Positions 55,083 through 63,839 are shown, numbered from the stretch's first letter. The stretch: 64,000 bases of DNA from Candidatus Adlerbacteria bacterium RIFOXYC1_FULL_48_26 (GCA_001773575.1 MEXB01000004.1:10217-74216), one strand, 5' to 3'. Translations and numbers: made by a program. Notes: generated by a model from the sequence alone, not told the origin.

Positions 55083-55553
55083 TTATCGGCAGGGAGGATA
55101 GTTTGTGCCGTTGGAATAATTCCAAGCCGAATATCCTGGCATTACGCCAGAAGCCGCATCACCCCGGCTCGCGCTGCACCATGTGCTATTTTTTTCTAAA
55201 TTTACCAAAATCGTATAGGACTGGTACCCTGCTGGCGCGCGGTAGCGGTAGCCATTGCTTCCTGTATTGGTTGGGTCGGCAGGTATTGGGTTTATATACG
55301 GTGTTATGTCGGTTGTGCCGGTGTTCATGTTGGCGACAACATAACTTGCGGGGTTGGTAGGGAATCTGTTGTTGTCGTCGTAATACAGGTCAAGAGCTAT
55401 CTGTATTTGGCGTATGTCAGAAAGTCTTTTTGCATCACGGCTTTTCTCGCGCGCTGCAGTGAGGTTTGCCAAAACAACAGAAGCAAGCACGCCGATAATC
55501 GCAATAACCACTAGGAGTTCGATGAGGGTAAAGCCTCGTCGCCAAGATCTCAT
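55083..55553 (-). CDS. Type IV pilin / pseudopilin (prepilin-type N-terminal cleavage/methylation domain)
   Basis: MRSWRRGFTLIELLVVIAIIGVLASVV class-III signal. The track ORF extends to 55739, but the real start is this Met. Confidence 0.75.
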   Translation of the reverse strand: MRSWRRGFTLIELLVVIAIIGVLASVVLANLTAAREKSRDAKRLSDIRQIQIALDLYYDDNNRFPTNPASYVVANMNTGTTDITPYINPIPADPTNTGSNGYRYRAPAGYQSYTILVNLEKNSTWCSASRGDAASGVMPGYSAWNYSNGTNYPPCR

Positions 55554-55654
55554 ATTCTTAAAGAAACATATATGTATAGATGAAGCAACGTTGCCTGTAC
55601 ACACCCCAAGGCTGGGTAGGGTAAAGAAAAACCGCGCTTGAGGCGCGGCTTTGT

Positions 55655-56035
55655 TTACGGTTCCACCCAGGCGGGCAGGGCGATGATGATGAATCCGTGT
55701 GGGCCTACGGCTTTGCGGATCTCCCAACCCTTGTTCCACTTAACTCGATGTTCAGCAGGTGCTGGGTACTGAACTGTGGGGATGCTCTCGAGTAGCTTCT
55801 TAGCAACATCGAGGCTTGTCTGCGGCTGTGAGTAGTGGAACTCGAACGCAGCGAAGGCGGTCGCGGTGTAGTGCACGCTTCCGCCCGGCTGGCCGTCTCC
55901 CATCTCGATCGGCTCACATGCGTAAAAGTACATGGTCCGACTCTCTTTTGCCCCCGTCAGGTGTATGGCGAGAAGTGCAAGATCTGCAGTAGCGTTTCCA
56001 ACGAGTTCCGACCGCGGCAGTCTGTTGTAGTGCAT
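55655..56035 (-). CDS. Hypothetical protein
   Basis: 126-aa ORF with no recognised domain. Confidence 0.4.
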   Translation of the reverse strand: MHYNRLPRSELVGNATADLALLAIHLTGAKESRTMYFYACEPIEMGDGQPGGSVHYTATAFAAFEFHYSQPQTSLDVAKKLLESIPTVQYPAPAEHRVKWNKGWEIRKAVGPHGFIIIALPAWVEP

Positions 56036-56097
56036 GAGGCACCTCCTTCTGCCGCCATCCTAACCAGGTACTAAATTTTTGTCCATATACTAGGAGG

Positions 56098-57150
56098 ATG
56101 CGTCAGAAAATATTTATTTTTGTAGGGAGCCTTCTTTTACTGGTTGCCTTCGGCGCCACTATCTCCGGCGACTTTTTTGCGCATTACGGGTATGAGGTCC
56201 AGAAAGAAAATCCCGCGGCGACTATCTACGCAGAGGTAGAGCCAAGTTACTTCTCACTTATCGTTGAGCCTGACGCTGGGATTACTCCCGTCTTGTCTCG
56301 CATAGAGCGCGCAGAGAAATCTATTGACCTGGTGATGTACAAACTCAGCGACACTCAAGTGGTGGAGGCACTCGGTGCCGCAGTGGCACGTGGAGTTTCT
56401 GTACGAGTACTTTTAAACGGCGGGTATTACAGTAAAAAAGAATCAGCCAACGATGCAGCCTATGCCGCACTTCAAAAAGTAAACGTGCCCGTACAATGGA
56501 CGCCAACTAATTTCGCACTGACACATCAAAAGACTTTTGTGTTTGATGGAACAGAAGCGCTTGTAATGACATTTAACTTGCAGTCGAAGTATTACAAAAC
56601 TGGTCGCGACTTCGCTGTCGCTGTTACCAATCCAAACGATATCGCAGCGATTCAAAAAACATTTAACGCCGATTGGAACGGGGAGTATATTGTTGCACCA
56701 AAGGGAGACACACTTTTGTGGAGCCCAGGCTCAGAAGATGAACTTCTACATCTAATTAACTCTGCATCTTCAACACTCGATATATATAACGAAGAGATGG
56801 CGGACGCTGACATAACAAAGGCGCTCGTTGCGGCGGCACAGCGCGGCGTTGATGTGCGTCTTAATATGACCTATGCAACAAACTGGAAGGAAGCATTCTT
56901 TACACTGCGAGATGCGGGTGTTTCCGTGCGCACATTCCCATCATCATCGAAAATTATCTACATACACGCGAAGATGATTATCGCGGATGGTAAAACCGCA
57001 TTCGTAGGTTCGGAGAATTTCTCCAATAATTCCCTTAATAAGAATAGGGAACTAGGGCTGATACTCTCAGCTCCGCAGATATTGGAAGGTCTGCAGTCCA
57101 CCTTCGACACAGACTGGGCAAAATCTCGCCCATTTACGACGATTCAATGA
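56098..57150 (+). CDS. Secreted phospholipase D-family protein (two HKD motifs; PLD/nuclease-like)
   Basis: Signal peptide. HxKx4D motifs LTHQKTFVFDG and IHAKMIIADGKTAFVGSENFS. Confidence 0.8.
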   Translation: MRQKIFIFVGSLLLLVAFGATISGDFFAHYGYEVQKENPAATIYAEVEPSYFSLIVEPDAGITPVLSRIERAEKSIDLVMYKLSDTQVVEALGAAVARGVSVRVLLNGGYYSKKESANDAAYAALQKVNVPVQWTPTNFALTHQKTFVFDGTEALVMTFNLQSKYYKTGRDFAVAVTNPNDIAAIQKTFNADWNGEYIVAPKGDTLLWSPGSEDELLHLINSASSTLDIYNEEMADADITKALVAAAQRGVDVRLNMTYATNWKEAFFTLRDAGVSVRTFPSSSKIIYIHAKMIIADGKTAFVGSENFSNNSLNKNRELGLILSAPQILEGLQSTFDTDWAKSRPFTTIQ

Positions 57151-57170
57151 TGCGGTATTGTGTGTTCATC

Positions 57171-57237
57171 GCGCGCTTAGTCCCGACGCCTTGGTCGGGA
57201 TCCCGACAGAATCGTCGGGACTCAGTTGGTAGCCGCG
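57171..57237 (+). pseudogene. Degenerate 5' fragment of tRNA-Val interrupted by a 40-nt palindromic element
   Basis: GCGCGCTTAG + [41-nt insert] + TCAGTTGGTAG reproduces 21 of the first 22 nt of the intact tRNA-Val 11 nt downstream. Confidence 0.5.
57181..57220 (+). repeat. Nested palindromic repeat element (copy 2)
   Basis: tcccgacg-N5-gtcgggatcccgac-N5-cgtcggga, same architecture as 4754-4799. Confidence 0.6.
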
Positions 57238-57247
57238 TCATATATCT

Positions 57248-57320
57248 GCGCGCTTAGCTCAGTTGGTAGAGCAACTCATTTACACTGAGAAGGTCGGGGG
57301 TTCAAGTCCCTCAGCGCGCA
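57248..57320 (+). tRNA. tRNA-Val (anticodon UAC)
   Basis: Acceptor GCGCGCT/AGCGCGC, D-arm TAGCTCAGTTGGTAGAGC, anticodon loop UUUACAC, T-arm GGGGGTTCAAGTCCCTC. Confidence 0.85.
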
Positions 57321-57392
57321 CACAAATAGACCTTCTAATTAATATATTGGCGCTGCACTATTCTCCAGCAGAGCCCACAAGAAACAAGGTTT

Positions 57393-58730
57393 TTGTTTAT
57401 GACACATATCAATTTATTGTTCAGACGGGGTTGGGGTAGCGGCCAAGACGACGGTAGAGAAGGCCATCGTTCTATTAAGATCCCGCGGGGCGGGCACTGG
57501 TTCTGGAAGCTTCTCGCATTCTCAGGTCCCGGCTACATGGTGGCCGTGGGGTATATGGACCCGGGCAATTGGGCAACCGACCTGGTCGGCGGCTCGGCTT
57601 TTGGCTACTCACTCCTTTCTATTATTTTGCTTTCGAGCCTCTCGGCAATCTTGCTGCAATATCTTGCTGCAAAGCTGGGCATTGTAACGGGCCGCGACTT
57701 GGCGGAGATGACAAAGCAGAGCGTTTCTAAACCCGTCGCCCTCTTTTTGTGGGTGATGGCAGAAATAATGATCATCGCCTGTGACTTGGCAGAAATTATC
57801 GGCACAGCCGTCGCGCTTTTGCTTCTCTTCCACATCCCAATTGTGTGGGGCGTATGTATTACCGCGCTCGACGTCTTCTTGCTTCTCTACTTGCAGAAGA
57901 AGGGGATGCGCATACTCGAGTCGCTCGTCATCTGCCTTATCGCTATCATCGGCGTATGTTTGGGTATTGATGTATTGATGGCAAACCCATCACTCGCCGG
58001 CATATTTGCAGGGCTCGTTCCAACTCCTGCAATCTTTGCAAGCACAGACATGCTCTATGTTGCTATCGGCATCATCGGCGCAACAGTTATGCCGCACAAC
58101 CTCTACCTACACTCATCTCTCTCTCAAACTCGTGCGTACGAAGAGACTGAAGTAGGGAAGAAGGAGGCTATCAAATACAGCGGTATTGATTCTGGCATCG
58201 CACTTTCGTTCGCGTTCTTCATTAACGCAGCAATTCTTATTCTTGCGGCTGCGGCATTCCATTCCAACGGTCTCAACGATGTTGCGGATATTGACCAGGC
58301 ATACTTGCTGCTCTCACCGCTTCTTGGTGCAGGGTTCGCTTCCATATTGTTTGGTGTCGCACTTCTCGCAGCAGGCCAGAACTCTACGCTTACAGGCACA
58401 ATGGCTGGGCAGATAATTATGGAAGGGTTCTTGAATATCCGCCTTGCTCCATGGCTGCGCCGCATTATTACGCGCGGCCTCGCTATCATCCCGGCACTCC
58501 TCTTCGTTATCTATGTTGGCGGTGATGAGGTTACAAAACTCTTGGTGTTCTCGCAGGTGGTGCTCTCTATACAGCTTCCATTCGCGATGATTCCACTCGT
58601 GTACTTCACCAGCAACAAAAAATTAATGGGTGTGTTCACAAACTCATGGCCTATCAAGGCGCTCGCTATACTTATCGCAACGGTTATCACTGGTCTTAAC
58701 GTATGGTTGGTTTGGCAGGTTTTCGTGTAA
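57393..58730 (+). CDS. mntH: NRAMP-family divalent metal (Mn2+/Fe2+) transporter
   Basis: GPGYMVAVGYMDPGNWATDL motif and 11 TM helices. Confidence 0.9.
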   Translation: MFMTHINLLFRRGWGSGQDDGREGHRSIKIPRGGHWFWKLLAFSGPGYMVAVGYMDPGNWATDLVGGSAFGYSLLSIILLSSLSAILLQYLAAKLGIVTGRDLAEMTKQSVSKPVALFLWVMAEIMIIACDLAEIIGTAVALLLLFHIPIVWGVCITALDVFLLLYLQKKGMRILESLVICLIAIIGVCLGIDVLMANPSLAGIFAGLVPTPAIFASTDMLYVAIGIIGATVMPHNLYLHSSLSQTRAYEETEVGKKEAIKYSGIDSGIALSFAFFINAAILILAAAAFHSNGLNDVADIDQAYLLLSPLLGAGFASILFGVALLAAGQNSTLTGTMAGQIIMEGFLNIRLAPWLRRIITRGLAIIPALLFVIYVGGDEVTKLLVFSQVVLSIQLPFAMIPLVYFTSNKKLMGVFTNSWPIKALAILIATVITGLNVWLVWQVFV

Positions 58731-58739
58731 AGTAAAAAT

Positions 58740-59408
58740 ATGAAGGAACCGGTAGTGATATATGAAGACGAGGACATCATTGTTGTCGACAAACCGTCGG
58801 GGATGATTGTGTACCCAGATGGTATCCACGACTACCCGGCTCTGGACGCATGGCTTGTCACGAAATACGGGGAAGGGAACTTCCACTTCGTGCACCGCCT
58901 CGACAGAGAAACATCGGGCGTACTTCTCCTTGCCCGCACACCTGAGGTGTATGAGTTCTTGAAAGAACAATTCCAAGAGAGAGAAGTGCGAAAGGTGTAT
59001 CGCGCCTTTGTGCACGGCAATATCCGCGACGACCGTGGCATCATAGACAAGCCGATAGGGAACTCACGTGGCGGCAAAGGGCCACGCTCTGTAAAAAGCC
59101 CTCACGGAACTCTGCGCGATGCGCTTACGGCATACCGTGTTATCAAGCGAAGTAAGGATGCGACCTACGTTGAGGTGTTTCCTAAGACGGGCCGTACACA
59201 CCAGATCCGCGTGCATTTCTCTTCTATCCAGCGCCCTGTTATCTGCGACCAGCTCTATGGCCCAGACCGCCCTGATGTTCTTGGTCTTGGTCGCCTCGCC
59301 TTGCACGCGTATACCCTTACAATCCAGCACCCAAATGGTAAAGAAATGACCTTTGCCTCACCACTTCCGGAAGAATTCGTTACAGCAGAAGGAAAATTGC
59401 GCGAGTAG
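58740..59408 (+). CDS. RluA-family pseudouridine synthase
   Basis: IIVVDKPSGMIVYP, HRLDRETSGVLLLAR (catalytic Asp). Confidence 0.85.
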   Translation: MKEPVVIYEDEDIIVVDKPSGMIVYPDGIHDYPALDAWLVTKYGEGNFHFVHRLDRETSGVLLLARTPEVYEFLKEQFQEREVRKVYRAFVHGNIRDDRGIIDKPIGNSRGGKGPRSVKSPHGTLRDALTAYRVIKRSKDATYVEVFPKTGRTHQIRVHFSSIQRPVICDQLYGPDRPDVLGLGRLALHAYTLTIQHPNGKEMTFASPLPEEFVTAEGKLRE

Positions 59409-59433
59409 AAACAATGTGTTAAAGTCTCCAGAC

Positions 59434-59919
59434 ATGAAATCGGCAGTCAAAGTAAGCCCAGTCAATATGAAACAGCGCGCAGCGCTCGGTATTCGTTCTG
59501 GCGATACAGTCCGTGTTTGGCAAAACATCGTCGAACTCAAAAAGGGTAAGGCAGCCAACAAAAAAGAGGTAACGACGAAGAACGTTCGTCGCCAGGCTTT
59601 TGAAGGTATCGTTATCGCAGTGAAGCACGGCAATGAAACAGGCGGTACTTTTACCGTTCGTAAGGTTGCTTCAGGCGTGGGTGTTGAAAGAATCTTCCCA
59701 ATCTACGCTCCAATGATTGATGAAATTGAAGTGCTCCGCCGCGCACGTACTCGCCGCGCGAAGCTCTACTTCATCCGCCGCAAGGCAACATCTGAGATTA
59801 AGCGTGCAATGCGTAAGCAGATCCGCTTCACTCCAAAGGGCACCACTGAAGACGAGGCTCCAGTAGAAGCAGAAGAGCCAGTCGTTGACTCAACTCCAGA
59901 AGAAGTCGCAGCAGAATAA
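59434..59919 (+). CDS. rplS: 50S ribosomal protein L19 with acidic C-terminal extension
   Basis: GDTVRVWQNIVE...FEGIVIAVKHGNETGGTFTVRKVASGVGVERIFPIYAPMIDEIEVLRR matches L19. The track ORF starts at 59353, overlapping rluA; start placed at MKSAVKV. Confidence 0.85.
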   Translation: MKSAVKVSPVNMKQRAALGIRSGDTVRVWQNIVELKKGKAANKKEVTTKNVRRQAFEGIVIAVKHGNETGGTFTVRKVASGVGVERIFPIYAPMIDEIEVLRRARTRRAKLYFIRRKATSEIKRAMRKQIRFTPKGTTEDEAPVEAEEPVVDSTPEEVAAE

Positions 59920-59980
59920 GCTGCGCTTTTTCTTTTGCTAAAAGGGCAATGTTTCGCTATAGTGCACGGGTACGCCTGAT

Positions 59981-60064
59981 GCCCAGGTGGCGAAATTGGT
60001 AGACGCACTACCTTGAGGTGGTAGCTCCCGCAAGGGATTGGAGGTTCGAGTCCTCTCTTGGGCA
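59981..60064 (+). tRNA. tRNA-Leu (anticodon GAG)
   Basis: Acceptor GCCCAGG/CTTGGGC plus A73, anticodon loop UUGAGGU, long variable arm, T-arm GGAGGTTCGAGTCCTCT. Confidence 0.85.
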
Positions 60065-60097
60065 CAACGTTTTTTGGTCGCGCTATAATCACAACGT

Positions 60098-61087
60098 ATG
60101 CAAACGCTTAAGTTTTTCATTGCGCCAATTACTGTTTCTGTAATAGCCCTCGCGATTGTTGGGTGGTGGGGTGGCCTCGGTGCATTTTTATTGGCAACAA
60201 TGCTCGCAGTTCTTGAAGTTACCCTTTCGTTCGACAACGCAGTAGTTAATGCCAAAGTTCTCAAAGAGATGTCTGCTGTATGGCAGCGCCGCTTTTTGAC
60301 CTGGGGTATTTTGCTTTCAGTAGTAGGCACGCGCCTTATACTCCCAATAATTATTGTGAGCATCGTGGCGTTTATGTCTCCGTTTGCCATCACGATGTTG
60401 GCATTTACTGACCCAGCAGAATACACACGCCTCTTGCTTGGCGCCGATGGATCAATCAAAGCATTCGGCGGAGCCTTCTTGCTTATGGTTGCCCTTAAGT
60501 TTTTCGTAGACGCTGGAAAAACAGTTCACTGGATAGCGGCTATAGAAAAGCGCATAGCGAAGTGGGGGAATATAGAAGCTATAGAAGCGGCACTTGTAAT
60601 GCTTGTACTCGTTGTGCTGTCTTTCTTCTCTCACGACTCAGCAGCGACTATCTTGCGCAGCGGTATCGTCGGTATCGTACTCTTTACAGTAACGGAAGGA
60701 GTCGCTAACGGACTTAATATTGAATCAAAGCATGTCGTCCGTTCGGGCGGAGTGCTCTTCTTGTACTTGAACTTGTTGGATACAGCCTTTTCTCTCGACG
60801 GCGTTATCGGAGCCTTCGCACTTACAACCTCGCTTCCTATCATCGTCGTAGGTCTTGGTATCGGCGCATACTTCGTACGTTCTCTTACGGTATATCTTGT
60901 CCGCGCAAAGACACTCGATACGCTTATCTACTTGGAGCACGGTGCGCACTGGGCAATCCTCGGGTTGGCAGGGGCAATGTTCGCTGGTCTTGTTGTCCAT
61001 GTCCCTGAAATCTTTACCGCCTCTATCGGCATTGCCTTTATCCTTCTCTCGTACTACTCATCGCGCCGCGAAATTAAGGCACACTAA
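60098..61087 (+). CDS. DUF475-type integral membrane protein (TerC-related), paralogue 1
   Basis: LEVTLSFDNAVVNAKVL signature and multi-TM topology. Confidence 0.6.
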   Translation: MQTLKFFIAPITVSVIALAIVGWWGGLGAFLLATMLAVLEVTLSFDNAVVNAKVLKEMSAVWQRRFLTWGILLSVVGTRLILPIIIVSIVAFMSPFAITMLAFTDPAEYTRLLLGADGSIKAFGGAFLLMVALKFFVDAGKTVHWIAAIEKRIAKWGNIEAIEAALVMLVLVVLSFFSHDSAATILRSGIVGIVLFTVTEGVANGLNIESKHVVRSGGVLFLYLNLLDTAFSLDGVIGAFALTTSLPIIVVGLGIGAYFVRSLTVYLVRAKTLDTLIYLEHGAHWAILGLAGAMFAGLVVHVPEIFTASIGIAFILLSYYSSRREIKAH

Positions 61088-61092
61088 AGCCA

Positions 61093-62103
61093 ATGCTGAA
61101 ATTTTTTATCGGCCCTGTCCTGGTAACAACCATTGCGCTAGGTGCTGCGTATTATTGGGGAGGTTTGGCAACATTTGGCCTCGTGGTGTTCCTCGCCGTT
61201 CTTGAGATATCTCTGTCGTTCGACAATGCTGTCGTAAACGCAAAGGCGTTGGTGCGAATGGAAACAAAATGGCGTCGCCGCTTTTTGACCTGGGGTATGT
61301 TTGCGGCGGTATTCGGCGCACGTCTTGTGTTCCCGGTGTTATTTGTATCGTTTGCGCTTGATCTTGCCCCGCTCAAGGTTATCTTCCTGTCGTTTATGAA
61401 CCCGGCAGAATACTCTCATTTGGTTGAATCTGCAGCACCCGTCATCCAAGCGTTAGGCGGCTCATTCCTGGGCATGGTCGCGCTTAAATATTTCTTTGAC
61501 GAAGCAAAACGAGTCCACTGGATACACATTGTTGAGAAGCGTTTGGCGAGCTGGGGTAGGGTACAGGCTATCGAAGTTGGCATCATCCTTTCAATCTTGC
61601 TTGTGTGTACATGGATAGTTCCAGAACATGGAGCTGAAATTCTAGGCGCCGGAGCGATAGGTATTGTGCTCTTTATCCTGATGGAAGGCATGGTGGATCT
61701 TTTGGGCGCATCTGCGGCGCGAGGCGCTAAACAAGGCTTCGTGTTGTTTATGTACCTAAACTTAATCGATGCAGCATTCTCCTTCGACGGTGTTATCGGC
61801 GCCTTTACTCTTACCACTGACATCTTGGCCATCGTTGTGGGTCTTGGTATCGGTGCATACTTCGTGAGAACTTTCACCCTCGTTCTTGTAGAGCGCAAAA
61901 CATTGACCTCGCTCGTCTATTTGGAGCACGGTGCGTACTGGGCTATTGCTGCACTTTCGATTTGTATGTTCACGACGCTGTTTTACAACGTCCCAGAGGC
62001 TATTGCAGGTACTGTCAGTGCAGTGTTTATCGGCGCGTCGTATCTTTCCTCACTTCGCCACAACAAAGCAAACAGACATCATCTGACTAGCTCCGAAGCC
62101 TAG
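61093..62103 (+). CDS. DUF475-type integral membrane protein, paralogue 2 (tandem duplicate)
   Basis: LEISLSFDNAVVNAKAL. Collinear with the preceding gene at roughly 50-60% amino-acid identity by eye. Confidence 0.6.
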   Translation: MLKFFIGPVLVTTIALGAAYYWGGLATFGLVVFLAVLEISLSFDNAVVNAKALVRMETKWRRRFLTWGMFAAVFGARLVFPVLFVSFALDLAPLKVIFLSFMNPAEYSHLVESAAPVIQALGGSFLGMVALKYFFDEAKRVHWIHIVEKRLASWGRVQAIEVGIILSILLVCTWIVPEHGAEILGAGAIGIVLFILMEGMVDLLGASAARGAKQGFVLFMYLNLIDAAFSFDGVIGAFTLTTDILAIVVGLGIGAYFVRTFTLVLVERKTLTSLVYLEHGAYWAIAALSICMFTTLFYNVPEAIAGTVSAVFIGASYLSSLRHNKANRHHLTSSEA

Positions 62104-62147
62104 TTTGATATATAAAGAGGGAGTTCGCATATATGGGGCGCAGACAT

Positions 62148-62223
62148 GGTGCCTATGGTGTAACGGTTAACACTCGAGTTTGTGGAACTCGCAATCTGGG
62201 TTCGATTCCCAGTAGGCACCCCA
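62148..62223 (+). tRNA. tRNA-His (anticodon GUG) with genome-encoded G-1 and 3' CCA
   Basis: G-1 plus acceptor GTGCCTA/TAGGCAC, C73, then CCA. Anticodon loop UUGUGGA. T-arm CTGGGTTCGATTCCCAG. Confidence 0.85.
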
Positions 62224-62229
62224 AGAGTT

Positions 62230-62994
62230 ATGAAAAAGAAATCGCATACAACCTCGTGGGGCGGGGTAGCTGACTGGTATAGCTCGTACTTGGAAACAAC
62301 CGAGGATTCATATCAGAAGCAGGTAATTCTGCCCAACCTTCTTCGTGTTCTGGGCCTCAAGCCGGGAATGAAGATTATTGATATTGCCTGCGGGCAGGGG
62401 TTTTTCTCGCGTGAATTTGCGGCCGCGGGTGCCGAGGTTGTCGCGAGCGACATCGCCCAACCTCTTATTGCGCAGGCCAAAAAACTTTCAGGTAAGGCGG
62501 TGCAATACTATGTTGCACCGGCAGACAATTTAAATTTCACAAAGAGCGAGGTCTTTGATGCGGCAACTATTGTTCTCGCAATCCAGAATATTAAAAACAT
62601 CGACGGCACTTTTAAAGAAGCGCGTCGTGTACTTAAACCAGGAGGGAAGTTGGTGATGGTGTTAATGCATCCAGCCTTTCGTATTCCAGGGCATTCGAGC
62701 TGGGGTTTTGACGAAGAAGCCCAGGAACAGTACCGTCGAATAGATTCGTATCTGTCCGCGCACACAGCTGAGCTTCTCGTACACCCAGGTAAAAAGGAAA
62801 GTCCAAAAACGACTTCGTACCATCGCTCACTCCAAGATTTTTCAAAGGCACTGTTCAAAGCAGGCTTTTCTATCACACGTCTTGAAGAGTGGATTTCGCA
62901 CAAACAAAGCCAGAGTGGTCCGCGCCAGAAAACAGAAGATACTGCTCGCAAAGAAATCCCAATGTTCCTGATGTTAGAATGCAAGAGTAACTAG
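62230..62994 (+). CDS. Class I SAM-dependent methyltransferase
   Basis: KIIDIACGQGFFS motif I. The track ORF starts at 62182 inside tRNA-His; start placed at MKKKSHTT. Confidence 0.7.
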   Translation: MKKKSHTTSWGGVADWYSSYLETTEDSYQKQVILPNLLRVLGLKPGMKIIDIACGQGFFSREFAAAGAEVVASDIAQPLIAQAKKLSGKAVQYYVAPADNLNFTKSEVFDAATIVLAIQNIKNIDGTFKEARRVLKPGGKLVMVLMHPAFRIPGHSSWGFDEEAQEQYRRIDSYLSAHTAELLVHPGKKESPKTTSYHRSLQDFSKALFKAGFSITRLEEWISHKQSQSGPRQKTEDTARKEIPMFLMLECKSN

Positions 62995-62995
62995 T

Positions 62996-63448
62996 ATGGC
63001 AAAGAAACCAAAAGAAAAACTAGAAGAATTCGCCTTTATGGTGACGCGCTCAGTAGGCTCTATTGGGTCTATTATTGTGCACAGCGTCCTTTTTTTGTCG
63101 GCATTTACATCCGTATGGTTAGGGCTTGTTCCGTTCGAGAGTATGCTGCTGTTCCTTACAACCATCGTGTCACTTGAGGCAATCTACCTTTCTATTTTTA
63201 TTCAGATGACCATCAACTATCAGGCAGAGGACATTGATGAGATTCAGGAAGACATCGACGAAATCCAAGAGGACGTGGATGAAATTCAAGAAGACGTTGA
63301 TGAGATCCAAGAGGACGTCGACGAAATCCAGGAAGATGTCGAGGAAATGACAGAGGAAGAAAAGGAAGGTAAGCAAGACAAAACGCTCGAAGAAATTCAA
63401 AAAGACCTACACAAACTTATCGGTGATATTGGTAAGCTACAAAAATAA
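62996..63448 (+). CDS. Two-TM membrane protein (DUF1003-like) with C-terminal E-D-[IV]-D-E-I-Q heptad repeats
   Basis: Two TM helices, then six 21-nt tandem repeats encoding EDIDEIQ-like heptads. Confidence 0.5.
   Translation: MAKKPKEKLEEFAFMVTRSVGSIGSIIVHSVLFLSAFTSVWLGLVPFESMLLFLTTIVSLEAIYLSIFIQMTINYQAEDIDEIQEDIDEIQEDVDEIQEDVDEIQEDVDEIQEDVEEMTEEEKEGKQDKTLEEIQKDLHKLIGDIGKLQK
63227..63352 (+). repeat. Six imperfect 21-nt tandem repeats (gaRgaYRtYgaYgaRatYcaR)
   Basis: Units begin at 63227, 63248, 63269, 63290, 63311 and 63332. Variation is almost entirely at synonymous positions. Confidence 0.8.
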
Positions 63449-63451
63449 TAT

Positions 63452-63823
63452 ATGAAAGGATTTAGAAATTTTATCTTACGAGGAAATGTCGTCGACCTAG
63501 CGGTGGGCGTTATGGTTGGCGCTGCCTTCAGCTCGGTTGTTAACTCGCTTGTGAAGGATCTTTTCACCCCACTTATATCCGCGCTTGTACGCCAGCCGGA
63601 TTTCTCTAAATTTGCTTTTACCTTCCGTGGAGTTGAATTTCCGTACGGAGATTTCCTCAACTCATTGGTCTCATTCCTTATTATAGCGGTAACGATTTAT
63701 TTCTTTGTCGTGCTGCCAGTAAACAAGCTCACCACTCATTGGAAAGGCTCTCCGGAGGCTCCAAAAAAGACAAACGAAGAGAAGCTTCTTGAAGAAATCC
63801 GCGATCTGCTCAAAACGAAGTAA
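63452..63823 (+). CDS. mscL: Large-conductance mechanosensitive channel
   Basis: MKGFRNFILRGNVVDLAVGVMVGAAF signature. Confidence 0.9.
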   Translation: MKGFRNFILRGNVVDLAVGVMVGAAFSSVVNSLVKDLFTPLISALVRQPDFSKFAFTFRGVEFPYGDFLNSLVSFLIIAVTIYFFVVLPVNKLTTHWKGSPEAPKKTNEEKLLEEIRDLLKTK

Positions 63824-63839
63824 TGATATAATTCGGGAA

